Shown in pieces: positions 32,338-42,794 of a DNA stretch of 64,000 nucleotides; position 1 is the stretch's first letter, and every line of letters begins with the position of its first letter. The notes below the pieces were generated by a model. The model was not told the DNA's origin. It saw only the letters and a program-made list of their open reading frames with translations, and did no database searches. This stretch comes from Verrucomicrobiota bacterium. Its GTDB lineage: Bacteria; Verrucomicrobiota; Verrucomicrobiia; Opitutales; Cerasicoccaceae. The stretch lies in assembly GCA_039818205.1 (NCBI GenBank), contig JBCBUK010000010.1, positions 64,001 to 128,000 of the forward strand, written 5' to 3'. The position numbers and the translations under genes are program-made.

Positions 32338-35300
32338 ATGAAAAAACTAATAAACCGCGTAATGCGAGCGCAGGCAATCGCCGGTGCTATCGTTGCTCTC
32401 GGTTTGTGCAGTTTAGGCTCCTCTGAGGCCTCTGCGCAATCCGCGGCGGAAAACACGCCGACTGCTGGCGTTTATGGCGAAACAGCTGGTGCCAATACCT
32501 ATCGTATGTGGCACAAAGTTACCGTAGCGTTCGCTGGACCCAATACAGGTGAAAACGCCAATCCAAACCCGTTCACCAACTATCGGTTGAACGTCACGTT
32601 TACCCACCCGGCTTCGGGCCAGAGCATTGTGGTTCCTGGCTACTATGCGGCCGACGGCAATTCGGGTGAAACCTCGGCGACTTCAGGAAATATCTGGCGC
32701 GTGCATTTTCGGCCATTTGAAACCGGTACTTGGAACTACTCCGCTTCGTTTCGAACCGGGAACAACGTCGTAACCAATACGAATGCGAATGCTGGTTCCC
32801 CAACATCGTTCAATGGTGCCACTGGTTCGTTCAACGTTGTGGCAACCAATAAAACTGGGCGTGACTTCCGTGCTCACGGGCGACTTGAGTACGTCGGTAA
32901 GCATCACTTGAGGCATGCTGGATCTGGCAAGTATTTCTTCAAGTATGGTGCCGACTCACCGGAAAATCCAATTGCCTATGTTGGCTTTGATAACACTCCT
33001 CTGTCACCGACGGACAACCGATCCGGCGTTCGTCATGTTTTCGCCCCCCATATACCAGACTGGAATACCGGTGACCCTCAGTGGAAGGGTACGCAAGGGC
33101 GCGGTCTCATTGGTGCCTTGAACTACCTGGCATCTGTTGGTGCGCATAGTTGGTCGACACTTGTTTACAGTATCGATGGCGGTGATGACCGTCGCATTTT
33201 TCCATGGACCGCTCAAAATACAAAAGTGCGGTTTGATTGCTCTAAGCTGGACCAATGGGCGATCGCGTTTAGCCACGCCAATAACAAGGGTTTGAATTGT
33301 ACCATTAAGCTCGCGGAAGAAGAGAACCATCGTGATCTTACCGGCAACAATCTCCATCTTCAGTATCGTGAGATGGTTGCACGGTTTGGACATAACCTTG
33401 GCGTCCAATGGGTCATCTCCGAAGAGTTTGGTGGGTTTGACGGAACTGACGCCGCGGAGGTCGCCGACATTCGGGCCCGTGGTGATCTCCTTGCGAGCCT
33501 GGACCCTTGGGACAACAACCTGACAACACATACTGGACCTGGAGATGGAGCGCAAAATGGCGTCTATGGAGCTATCTATGGTCGCCCTGCCTATACGGGT
33601 GCTTCGATGCAAATCTCCAATGCCTCTACCCAAGCAAACAAGGTCTTCAATCGGACATTGGTGATTCGCAATGCGTCCGCCAACAATGGCCAGCCATGGG
33701 TCGTTTCCAATGATGAACAGGGGCCCGCCAACCAAGGAGTCCGGGTTCAAAGTGCTACTGACCGTAAACATGTCCTCTGGGGGAACTTCATGGCCGGTGG
33801 TGCTGGCGTCGAATATTACATCAATATTGATGGAGCAAACCTCGATGCAAACACGGAAGACTACCGGGTCATCAGCACGATGTGGACTTGGTCGGACTAT
33901 ATGGTCAACGACTTCATCACCGGAAATAACATTCCATTTTGGGATATGGCAAACGCCGACAATCTAACAACAACCAACAATAACCATTGCTTGGCTAAAG
34001 TAGGAGACACTTACGTGGTTCATCTTTATAACGGTGGAACCACGAGCTTGAATCTTGGCGGTCAGACCGGGGATTTTGAGGTTAAGTGGTTTGACCCCCG
34101 TAATGGAGGAGCCCTTCAGAATGGCAGTGTTACCACGGTGACTGGTGGCGGGAATCGAGCACTTGGCTCGGCTCCGAATAACTCTGGTAGCGATTGGGCG
34201 GTGTTAGTTCGCCGATCGGGCGGCACACCTCCAGGAAATGATTCACTCAGCTGTAGCACCTTACCATCGTCAATTAGCAACAGCGGTTCGGTCGATGTAT
34301 CGATCAACTATGAAGCGGCGCAGGGGCGCGATATCGTGATTGCCCTCTGGGATTCAGGATTTATCGCGAACCAAAGGATATCCGTACCGATTGGAAGCGG
34401 CGTTGCAACTGCGACGCTCAATCTTAGCGGTCTCAACTTGCCTGCTGGTTCAAACTATTCTTTCAGAGCGCTCTTGTGGGAAACGGGCCAAGATTGGGGA
34501 ACCGCTCAACCACTGAGCAACTGTGGTGTAGTCCCGGTTACTCTAACCGACGGAACTCCCCCGCCACCTCTGGAAGACTCCCTTAATTGTGCGACACTGC
34601 CTGCTTCGATCCCGAACACTGGTCTAGTCAACGTAACGATCGATTATGAGGCGGTCCAAGGACGAGATATTGTGGTCGCACTCTGGAACTCCGGTTGGCT
34701 TGCTGCGAATCGCGTTGCCGTTCCCGCTGGGACTGGTACGGCTACCGTTTCGGTGGATCTGAGTAGTCTCAACCTACCGGCAGGTAGCAACTATTCGTTT
34801 AGAGCGTTGATGTGGCAGACTGGAGAAACCTGGGGTGTCCCAGCCGGTGCGGTTCCATTGGCCAACTGCGGTGTTGTTCCAGTTACTTTGACCGACGGAA
34901 CCCCACCACCTCCGCCGGGCGAAGATACACTGAACTGCAGTTCGTTGCCTGCGACCGTGGCGCCGAGTGCGAATGCCAATATCAGCATTGATTTTGAAGC
35001 GACCCAACAACGTGACGTGGTCGTTGCCGTTTGGACGACTGCTGGTCAGTGGGTTGCTGCGAATCGGGTTACCGTTGCTGCTGGAACGGGAACCGCAACC
35101 GTCCCACTAAACCTTAGCAGCGTCACTCCGGGCAACTACTACTTCCGAGCATACTTATGGAACGTCGGTGAGAATTGGGGAGTGCCTGCCGGGGCTGCAC
35201 CCTTGTCCAGTTGTAATGATATACCGTTTACTCTTTCCACCTCCGGTGGTGGAGGCGGCACGGTCGTTGAAACGCCAACCCAAGATGCCTACCTGCAAGG

Positions 35301-35703
35301 AACAACTCCATTCAATGACGCTAATCTGAAAGTTGAACCGAACTTCCGCACATCTTACTTAAAGTTTGATGTCAATGGAGTTGGAACAACGGTTACTGGA
35401 TCGAAGTTGGTTCTCCAATCGACTGAGGCGGGTAACGGAACGATTCGAGTATTCCAGGGCAATAGTAATCTCGGCTGGACTGAGGTAACTTTGACGGCTG
35501 CAACTGCGCCAGCCCAAGGTGCTGAACTCGGAACGGTTACTGGCAATGTCGCTAACGGTAGCACTATCGAGATAGACTTGGGCACTTCGATCGGAAACGG
35601 AGAGATTACCTTGGTTATCACCATGGACGGCGGCGGCAACGACGTCTGGTTCTCCTCTTCAGAAGGGGCGAATGCGCCCCGGTTGGAGGTAACCTTTCAA
35701 TAG
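32338..35703 (+). CDS. Secreted modular glycan-active protein: DUF5060 Ig-like + TIM-barrel GH-like + 'collagen-binding' domain + 3 tandem repeats + DNRLRE/CBM96-like domain
   Basis: Signal peptide; NPFT.YRLNV.F.H, VPGYYAADG, W.V.F.P...G.W.Y; NDEQG; WG..MAGGAG.EYY; V.WFDPR.GG; P..DAY..G..SYLKF..SSE. Confidence 0.82.
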   Translation: MKKLINRVMRAQAIAGAIVALGLCSLGSSEASAQSAAENTPTAGVYGETAGANTYRMWHKVTVAFAGPNTGENANPNPFTNYRLNVTFTHPASGQSIVVPGYYAADGNSGETSATSGNIWRVHFRPFETGTWNYSASFRTGNNVVTNTNANAGSPTSFNGATGSFNVVATNKTGRDFRAHGRLEYVGKHHLRHAGSGKYFFKYGADSPENPIAYVGFDNTPLSPTDNRSGVRHVFAPHIPDWNTGDPQWKGTQGRGLIGALNYLASVGAHSWSTLVYSIDGGDDRRIFPWTAQNTKVRFDCSKLDQWAIAFSHANNKGLNCTIKLAEEENHRDLTGNNLHLQYREMVARFGHNLGVQWVISEEFGGFDGTDAAEVADIRARGDLLASLDPWDNNLTTHTGPGDGAQNGVYGAIYGRPAYTGASMQISNASTQANKVFNRTLVIRNASANNGQPWVVSNDEQGPANQGVRVQSATDRKHVLWGNFMAGGAGVEYYINIDGANLDANTEDYRVISTMWTWSDYMVNDFITGNNIPFWDMANADNLTTTNNNHCLAKVGDTYVVHLYNGGTTSLNLGGQTGDFEVKWFDPRNGGALQNGSVTTVTGGGNRALGSAPNNSGSDWAVLVRRSGGTPPGNDSLSCSTLPSSISNSGSVDVSINYEAAQGRDIVIALWDSGFIANQRISVPIGSGVATATLNLSGLNLPAGSNYSFRALLWETGQDWGTAQPLSNCGVVPVTLTDGTPPPPLEDSLNCATLPASIPNTGLVNVTIDYEAVQGRDIVVALWNSGWLAANRVAVPAGTGTATVSVDLSSLNLPAGSNYSFRALMWQTGETWGVPAGAVPLANCGVVPVTLTDGTPPPPPGEDTLNCSSLPATVAPSANANISIDFEATQQRDVVVAVWTTAGQWVAANRVTVAAGTGTATVPLNLSSVTPGNYYFRAYLWNVGENWGVPAGAAPLSSCNDIPFTLSTSGGGGGTVVETPTQDAYLQGTTPFNDANLKVEPNFRTSYLKFDVNGVGTTVTGSKLVLQSTEAGNGTIRVFQGNSNLGWTEVTLTAATAPAQGAELGTVTGNVANGSTIEIDLGTSIGNGEITLVITMDGGGNDVWFSSSEGANAPRLEVTFQ
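34240..35238 (+). repeat. Three tandem ~105-110-aa domain repeats (starts 34240, 34576, 34924)
   Basis: D.L.C..LP.....I.(Y/F)EA.Q.RD.V.A.W...NY.FRA..W..G..WG...L..C, separated by poly-Pro linkers. Confidence 0.9.
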
Positions 35704-35749
35704 GTTCGCAAGCGTTCAGATTCGGGAAGGTTTTCTCGATGCATTTATC

Positions 35750-35780
35750 AAGGCCCGCACTCGGTGCGGGCCTTTTTATT
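35750..35780 (+). terminator. Rho-independent terminator
   Basis: AAGGCCCGCAC-TCG-GTGCGGGCCTT perfect stem followed by TTTATT. Confidence 0.9.
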
Positions 35781-35883
35781 GCGCTGAATTAAGTCGTTAC
35801 ACGGGCAAGGACCGGAACCTCAACGAATAACGATCGATTGTCTCGGTTGAAGCGGTATCTTGCATTCGCCTCTGCGGTATGGC

Positions 35884-37254
35884 TTAGACATCTTTTAGCT
35901 CCCGGAGTTTCTGCATTAAACGAAGGCTTAAGATCGCCGCTGCGAGCGCTAGTCCGCTGGCGAGCCCGCTCCACAGTCCAGAGGTTTGCATGTCTGCAAA
36001 GAAAGCCAAGCCGGCTCCCAGCGGTATCCCCACCAACCAAAAGCTGACAAAGATGATCAGTGTCGGCAGGTTTACATCCCGCAGGCCGCGCAATGCTCCC
36101 ATACTAATTATCTGAATACCATCAAAGACTTGGAAAGCGGCGGCAATACCCAATAAAGCGGTCGCTAGCAAAACGACATCTGGGTCACGGCTAAATGCAC
36201 TGGCGATCCAGTCTCCCCCAAATACGAATACCAAAGCGCAAAAAACCATTACGACCAACGTGCTTAGGTGTCCACCCAGTGCGATTTGCTTACAACTTGC
36301 CAGATCATTGGAGCCGAGCGCCTGGCCCACTCGAATGGTAACGGCCATGGATATCCCGAGTGGAATCATGAAGGTGAAGCTGGCACAGGAAAGTGTGATC
36401 TGATGCGCGGCGAGAGCGGCGCTGCCAAACTGGCCAATAAGTAACGCAGCCATCGCGAAGGCGCCGTACTCCATGACAAGCTGCCCAGAAATGGGTGCGG
36501 CAAGTCGAAGGGTTCGCTGGCAGGCGGAACGATTCCACGGGCCAATATATTTTAGTGGGCGCGTAGCGGACAAACGTGATGACTTTTGCAGGTAGAAATA
36601 CAAGCCAGCCCAGCTTGCCAAGCGGGCAAGCAAGGTGGCGATTCCTGCACCCGCCAGTCCAAGTTGAGGTGCACCGAGTTGTCCAAAAATAAGGGCGTAA
36701 TTTAGCCCGATGTTTAGGAGCACTGAGCAAAGCATGATCCAAAAAACGGACCACGGTTGGTTTTGAGCTTCAGCAAATTTTTTGATAGTCATCATCGGGA
36801 ACGTCGGGACCAGCGACAGTGCCAACCAGAAGAGATACTCAGGCACAATTTCAATGACTTCGGCTGGCTGTTGGAACAAATGCAGGAATGGTATGCAGGC
36901 GATAAGCGCAACGGCCATTGTGAGGCCGAAAATCAGCGCTAGTAAATAGCCGTTACGGAATGCCTCCGTAGCTTGTCCGTTGTTTTGTGAGCCGTGGGCA
37001 TGGGAAACCATAACTGCAACTGACGAGTACAGGCCGAATCCCATGACGAAAGGAAAATGATGCAGCACGTTGCTGAACGCTGCGGCCGCCAACTCAACTG
37101 TGCCAAGGTGGCCGATCATCAAGGTATCAATCAAGCCCATCAGTAAGTGGCTAAGCAGCCCGCAAGCGATGGGAAAGGCCAACTTCAGCGTTTGGTTGTT
37201 TTCTCTGATGATTGATTGCATGCGGCTTCTCAATAATGTGAATCGCTCATCCAC
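35884..37254 (-). CDS. MATE family efflux transporter (NorM-like)
   Basis: LA.PI, IDT.MIG.LG..LAA, N..LNY.LIFG..G.P.LG..GAG.AT, LAAHQI, FQ.FDG.Q....GALRG..D. Confidence 0.95.
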   Translation of the reverse strand: MDERFTLLRSRMQSIIRENNQTLKLAFPIACGLLSHLLMGLIDTLMIGHLGTVELAAAAFSNVLHHFPFVMGFGLYSSVAVMVSHAHGSQNNGQATEAFRNGYLLALIFGLTMAVALIACIPFLHLFQQPAEVIEIVPEYLFWLALSLVPTFPMMTIKKFAEAQNQPWSVFWIMLCSVLLNIGLNYALIFGQLGAPQLGLAGAGIATLLARLASWAGLYFYLQKSSRLSATRPLKYIGPWNRSACQRTLRLAAPISGQLVMEYGAFAMAALLIGQFGSAALAAHQITLSCASFTFMIPLGISMAVTIRVGQALGSNDLASCKQIALGGHLSTLVVMVFCALVFVFGGDWIASAFSRDPDVVLLATALLGIAAAFQVFDGIQIISMGALRGLRDVNLPTLIIFVSFWLVGIPLGAGLAFFADMQTSGLWSGLASGLALAAAILSLRLMQKLRELKDV

Positions 37255-37336
37255 CCATCATGTTGGCATTGTGAGTATAATTTTGATCCATTCTTATAGT
37301 GGTTCAAATCCGGTTTGAATGGTAGTGTGGGTCACG

Positions 37337-37717
37337 ATGAACGGAAACAGAAGAGAAGAACGTCGAAAACAGCGGTTGATAAAGAATGGAGTAAGGGAGC
37401 TCTCACGCTATCAGAAGAGGCACGGGGTTACTTGCAGCAAAGCGGATGCTCAACATTTGAAAGTGCAGGTAGCCCACCCGCTTATCCGCATTCTTTCTAC
37501 AATCTTTGGACTCATCTTAGTTGGAGTTTCTTCGTATATGTTGGTTGAAGAGGCTAATCTTCTTCTGACGTGTGTACCTTTAGTGTTTGGAACTGCTTTC
37601 ATTGTATTGGGAATTCGTGGCAGGAAGAAGGAGCTGGGCAAGTTCGCGGACGCTACTTTTGACGGTGGGGCAGAAGCCGTTTTGGAAATTGTAGGAGGAA
37701 TGATTGATGGTCTATAA
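37337..37717 (+). CDS. Hypothetical two-TM membrane protein
   Basis: Basic N-terminus and two hydrophobic helices; ATG at 37337 (or 37319). Confidence 0.6.
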   Translation: MNGNRREERRKQRLIKNGVRELSRYQKRHGVTCSKADAQHLKVQVAHPLIRILSTIFGLILVGVSSYMLVEEANLLLTCVPLVFGTAFIVLGIRGRKKELGKFADATFDGGAEAVLEIVGGMIDGL

Positions 37718-37738
37718 ATTTTCGGAGTGCACCGAGAT

Positions 37739-38839
37739 TCATTCGGGAAACAGATCCTGGTAGACTGGATGTTGGCGATGACTCTTCCCCCGGTAGTGCG
37801 AGCTGTGACGGCCGCAATGCGCGCCACCTGCGGTGTTCAGTGTGCCCGAAACATGGTAGTCAGGGTGGATTCTATCCTCGCTTAGAACGGTGCGGAAAGT
37901 GAGGTCCAATGTGTCGCCGGCTTCAACTGGAATACGACTCTCGAACAGTGGAAAATAGCTGGTTGCCTAATTGGATTTGTGATGGAGTGCGTCAAGCGGC
38001 TCCTGGTCCGGAAGGCATCGAATTTGCAACCAGGTGAGTAGGCCATCGACCATGCCAGGTCGTGAGATCGTCAGGCGAACGTTTGCCACCTGCTCAGTCT
38101 GCAGATTGCCATTGAAGTCTAAACGTTCTACAACGGCGCTGTCTGATATGATCGCATTCATATTTGGATTGGCGACACGTAAACGCACATCAAATGCCGC
38201 CCCGTTGCTGTCGAAGATCTGTTTCAGCTTCGGTAACGCGTCGGAAGTAAACGCAGCCTCTTTGTTGGCGAATAAGTCGGCGAAGTTAACCGCAGCGGCC
38301 TGGGTAAGGCAAAGGTCTGAAATTATTTTTGCGTCAATGGTGAGGTGACGTTGCTTTGCATCAGAAAGCACGGCTGCCGCGCCTTCAGCTCCGGGTAGTG
38401 AACCGATAATTTCTGCAACGCAAAGTTCTGCCTCTTGATCGATGGTAAGTGACGTTGATTCCCCATGCAGCAGTGTGATTCGTTGACCATCCTCAATCGT
38501 CGATAATAGCTTTGATGCAGCTTGGTATGACTCCGACATTGATTCGATCGCTAGAGCCCGATTGGCTCCCAACCGCAAACTCTCCCGTGCCCAGAATAGA
38601 AATGCACCGGTTCCGATATCGATGACTGTCCGGCCCGGGGCATATTTTTCCAATGCGTCACGGAATCTCCAATTGCGCTCGGCATCGCCTGCCATGACAT
38701 CATACAGGGGCGCGTCGTAGATGGGATATTCGCCGAGTGTGGGCGTCAATGCGGGTCCGTCATCGATCGATCTGGGCTCGTCACCTACAAGGACTCCCGT
38801 TTGCCAGCCATCACCATAGATATATTGGACTTTCGGCAT
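37739..38839 (-). pseudogene. PRMT-like class I SAM methyltransferase interrupted by an in-frame TAG at 37967-37969
   Basis: Y..M..D..RN..F..A, VIDIGTGA, AEIIGS..G.EG. The frame stays open for 75 codons after the TAG (ATSYFPLFE...GD...HPDY...YQDLFPE) to TGA at 37739. Confidence 0.8.
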
Positions 38840-39005
38840 TCTAGGCAAATAGTTGTTCCTGTGTTACTGAGATCACATGCAGTTTGATCGCCAAATAAAG
38901 AGAAATTAGCAAGGGCATTTGATCGGCGTCGATGGATTAGATTTCAGTTGAGTCCGCTGTACTTGTTAATCAGCTTAATCGACAGCTAAGAGTAATATTA
39001 TTGAG

Positions 39006-40085
39006 ATGGAAACATTCGGGAAAGAGAAGGAGAAGCAGCTTACAACAACGAGCATAGTCTGCACTCACAATGAATGGGATACGTTGGAGGAGATAATCAT
39101 CGGAAGGGCAGATTTTGCCCAACTGCCCAGAGATCTCGGAATTGACGCGCTATCTCAAGCAACGCCGGATATCTACAACGATATGGCCGAAAGGCATTTC
39201 CCTGAGCGCATCGTTGAGGAGACCGAGGAGGACTTGTCGATTCTCGTGACCGAACTTGAGAAACTAGATATTCGTGTTCGCCGCCCAACCCCAATAGAAT
39301 TTGACGAAACGATTAAGACTCCATTTTGGGAAAGCGGATATTTTTTCACTTATTGTCCGCGAGATGTTCTATTGTCGATTGGTGATATGATCATCGAGAC
39401 TCCAAACGTTTTTCGTTCGCGTTTTTTTGAGGCGTGGGCCTACAAGGACATTCTGGTAGAATATTTGCAGAAAGGTGCGCGTTGGATTTCCGCACCGCCT
39501 CCAGCGCTTCGCGATGAGGTCTATAATTTTGACCAGAAGGCCGGCAGCGCGATAAACAATACTGAACCGTTGTTCGATGCGGCTAACGTTATCAAGGCAG
39601 GCAAGGACATCTTCTATCTGGTTTCCGACTCGGGAAATGAGCTTGGGCTCAAATGGCTTCAAGCGACTTTGGGATCCGAGTACCGAGTGCATGCTTGCCG
39701 CAATCTTTACTCGTCGGCCCATATCGATACAACACTGGTATTGTTGCGTCCTGGGCTGCTGCTCGCCAATCCGGAGCGGGTCAATGAAGACAATCTGCCG
39801 GAGCCGTTAAAGGGGTGGGACATCATGTTTGCGCCAGAAATGGTCGAACCTCACTATAGTGACCTAACGCCGATGGCCTCAAAGTGGTTTGGTATGAATG
39901 TACTGATGCTATCGCCAAGTTTGGCTGTTGTAGATCAGCATCAGACAGCATTGGTTAAGCAACTGGAGAGTGCTGGCATCGAGGTGCTGCCGCTGCGGTT
40001 GCGACACGGCCGACAGCTTGGAGGTGGCTTCCATTGCGTAACGATGGATGTGCGACGTAACGGGAGCTTGCAGAGTTATTTTTGA
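39006..40085 (+). CDS. Amidinotransferase (glycine/inosamine-phosphate amidinotransferase family)
   Basis: HNEWD.LEE.I.G, YCPRD, FDAAN, AHIDTT, GGGFHC.T.D catalytic Asp/His/Cys motifs. Confidence 0.95.
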   Translation: METFGKEKEKQLTTTSIVCTHNEWDTLEEIIIGRADFAQLPRDLGIDALSQATPDIYNDMAERHFPERIVEETEEDLSILVTELEKLDIRVRRPTPIEFDETIKTPFWESGYFFTYCPRDVLLSIGDMIIETPNVFRSRFFEAWAYKDILVEYLQKGARWISAPPPALRDEVYNFDQKAGSAINNTEPLFDAANVIKAGKDIFYLVSDSGNELGLKWLQATLGSEYRVHACRNLYSSAHIDTTLVLLRPGLLLANPERVNEDNLPEPLKGWDIMFAPEMVEPHYSDLTPMASKWFGMNVLMLSPSLAVVDQHQTALVKQLESAGIEVLPLRLRHGRQLGGGFHCVTMDVRRNGSLQSYF

Positions 40086-41428
40086 TAGACCAGATGGATT
40101 CAAATTCGGAAGTGCCGCAACGTAACGCATTGTTCGGTAAGCGTCTCTTGATTGTTGGTCGCGGTGATGAAGCATGGGGTGCGCGTCGGAACGACTATAT
40201 TGTGCGGGCGAAAGAGCTCGGTGTTGAAGTAGTCATCTTGGGGAATGAGAGCTCACCGGCGGCATCAGGTATTGAGTCGGTGCTTGCAGTAGATACCGCG
40301 GATTATTCTGCCTGCCATCACGCTGTGCAGCGCTACTTGGGGCACGAGCGATTAGACGGGATTTTGACCTTTCTCGAAGAACGAACGGAAACGGCTGCAC
40401 GATTGAATCGAGATTTCGGCTTCAACGGCCATAGTGTTTGGGGAACAGAAGCCTGTCGTAACAAAAATACGATGCGTACAATTCTCAAAGAGAAGGGACT
40501 GCCCGTTCCGCGTTTCGTGCATCTGAATAACAGAGAGGAGGCCAGGGAAGTGGCGAGTTGGTTTCCAACGCCGGCGTTCCTTAAGCCAGCTCATGGAAGT
40601 GGATCTGTGGCAACGCGGCGTGTCGAAGCTCCTGAGGATATCGTGGCGACCTTCGATGATGTTGTTCAGGAGATTGAAGAAAGAGTCGTACCCGAGTTTG
40701 TCTCTATCGTGCTAGAATCATACTCTGAGAGCCATGCAAACCTCATTCTTGAGGAGTACCTTGCACCAGCAGAGAGACTCAACGAGGTGGGGCTTGGCCG
40801 AGTGGGCGTTGAGTTATTGGTTCAAGGGGGCAATATTGTTTTCTTTGCGATGGCAGATGGTCAGTGCTTTTCGCCAACGGACCACCGCTATGCGACACTC
40901 ACTTTTCCCAGTCGTTTGAGTGAGAACGACGAAAGACAGTTTCGACGGCTTGCCGACGATATCGTTTCGGTTTTCGAGCTTTCGGATGGCCCGGTTATCC
41001 TTGATGCGGTGATGACAGATAGCGGTCCTCAACTGTACGAAATCAATGCCCGAATCGATGGTCCTGGCATATTGCCACTCGTCCAGACCTGCTACGGGGT
41101 CGATCTTGTAGAGGAGGCACTGAAAATAGCCGTTGGATTGCCAGTTACATTGAGTGCGTCAGAAACGGCGCGTGCATCTGCTCATTTGCATATGTTTCTC
41201 GCAGCGTCTCGATCAAGAATTTCAAAATTGGAGTTTCCAGATTCGCCCAGGATTGAGGGATGCTCTGCCAAGATGCTCAAGGAACTAGGAGAGATCGTCC
41301 AAGGCCCAGAGGCCAATTATGACACGATCGCGACGCTCATGTTGACGGCATCCACACGCGATGAAGTGGATTCTCGCCTCGAGCAATTTCTTTCGCAGGT
41401 GACCATAGAGCTCGAGCAGCTAGATTAG
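40082..41428 (+). CDS. ATP-grasp ligase (L-amino-acid/peptide ligase type)
   Basis: CRNK..MR, G.P.P.F, P.FLKP..GSGS, LEEYL, YEINARI.G; TTGA overlap with amidinotransferase (alternative ATG 40094). Confidence 0.9.
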   Translation: MIDQMDSNSEVPQRNALFGKRLLIVGRGDEAWGARRNDYIVRAKELGVEVVILGNESSPAASGIESVLAVDTADYSACHHAVQRYLGHERLDGILTFLEERTETAARLNRDFGFNGHSVWGTEACRNKNTMRTILKEKGLPVPRFVHLNNREEAREVASWFPTPAFLKPAHGSGSVATRRVEAPEDIVATFDDVVQEIEERVVPEFVSIVLESYSESHANLILEEYLAPAERLNEVGLGRVGVELLVQGGNIVFFAMADGQCFSPTDHRYATLTFPSRLSENDERQFRRLADDIVSVFELSDGPVILDAVMTDSGPQLYEINARIDGPGILPLVQTCYGVDLVEEALKIAVGLPVTLSASETARASAHLHMFLAASRSRISKLEFPDSPRIEGCSAKMLKELGEIVQGPEANYDTIATLMLTASTRDEVDSRLEQFLSQVTIELEQLD

Positions 41429-41571
41429 CTATAACTGATTGGTTAGCGTGGGCGGCGCAATTGATTGCTAGCAGAAGGCTTTGGCCTCGCGAGCCATCGG
41501 TTATCGCTTATCCATGGGGTTATTCGCTTTAATCCCCACAAGGGTTGCGCTGCGTTGAGCTTATTGCGCGG

Positions 41572-42780
41572 CTATTTCTCAGCATCCACTTTGTCGGGCA
41601 CTTGAGCGAATGATTCTGTCTGCTCAAGCTGGGTCAGTTTCACATCCGTTTTGCGCACTTTGGGGAATTCTTTGAGAGTGGTGAAGTTCTTGCGCTGTCT
41701 TTTGTGCACCCGGTTACTTTGGGCATACTGGACAATGAGCTGGCTCACTGATGCAAGAGCATTCAAATGCGTCCGTTCATAACCGTGAGAGGCATCGACG
41801 CCGAATGTGATTAGGGCCGTTCGAATATCATTACCGGCCTCCAATGCGGAAGCACTGTCACAACGATAATAGCGAAAAACGTCTCGCTGATGTGGGATCT
41901 TGTTCTGTTCACAAAGGTTCAGTAAATGATGGGTCAAGTGGTAATCAAATGGGCCGGATGAATCTGCCATGGCAACTGTCACGCCGCGCTCTTGAGAATT
42001 TTGCCCTGGAGCAACCGTTCCATTGTCCACTGAAACCATCTCGGCGACATCGCCATGAAGAACGGCTGATGCGCCCGAGCCAACTTCTTCGGATATGGTG
42101 AAAAGCAGATGGCATTCAACGGGCAGTTCCACGTTATTATCTTTTAAGTATTTTGCCGCGGCTAGTATCGACGCTACCCCTGCTTTATCATCTAGGTGGC
42201 GAGAACTAAGGTAACCGTTTTCCAGAAACTCGGCTTGAGAGTCAACGCCGACAAAATCTCCTACTTGTAACCCCAGCTCTTCCAGGTCGGCCTTCGAGTT
42301 AGCGTCTTCATCAACGCGCAGTTCAACGTTCTGCCAAGAGTTTGGCTGAGTATCAACCTGATCGTTATATGTATGGCCAGAGGCCTTTAGAGGCAGGATC
42401 GAACCACGGTAAACTGTTTCATCCGTATAGATCGAAACCCGCGCTCCCTCAGCAAAGCGAGAAGACCACGTGCCGACGGGAACCAGCTCCAAACGCCCGT
42501 TGTCCTTTAATTGCTTAACCATCGCGCCGAGCGTATCCAAGTGCGCAACGATCGCGCGGTCAGGACTATAGGCACGACCGGGCAGCGTAGCGCGAACCGC
42601 TCCACGACGCGTAAGCTCGTAGCGCAATCCCAATTGGTCCAGCTCGCTACAAAGCTCGCGTACAATTGGATCGGTATATCCACTTGGACTGTGGATTCCG
42701 AGTAAGCGGAGCAAGACCTGTTGCAGATACTCTTCGTCAACTTTTGGCGGCTTGGGAACCGGGGATTTCTTCTTGGACAT
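41572..42780 (-). CDS. M42 family peptidase of the NAGGN osmoprotectant system
   Basis: SPSG, AHLDTLG, SRHLDDKAG, SEEVG, SHGYER.H; downstream of asnO-ngg. Confidence 0.9.
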   Translation of the reverse strand: MSKKKSPVPKPPKVDEEYLQQVLLRLLGIHSPSGYTDPIVRELCSELDQLGLRYELTRRGAVRATLPGRAYSPDRAIVAHLDTLGAMVKQLKDNGRLELVPVGTWSSRFAEGARVSIYTDETVYRGSILPLKASGHTYNDQVDTQPNSWQNVELRVDEDANSKADLEELGLQVGDFVGVDSQAEFLENGYLSSRHLDDKAGVASILAAAKYLKDNNVELPVECHLLFTISEEVGSGASAVLHGDVAEMVSVDNGTVAPGQNSQERGVTVAMADSSGPFDYHLTHHLLNLCEQNKIPHQRDVFRYYRCDSASALEAGNDIRTALITFGVDASHGYERTHLNALASVSQLIVQYAQSNRVHKRQRKNFTTLKEFPKVRKTDVKLTQLEQTESFAQVPDKVDAEK

Positions 42781-42794
42781 AAAAATAATAAGAT

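Noticed and set aside
37296..37316. GGTTCAAATCC resembling a tRNA T-loop or att-site remnant
   Set aside because: Flanks do not form a 5-bp T-stem or acceptor stem, and it does not match the tRNA-Leu 3' end
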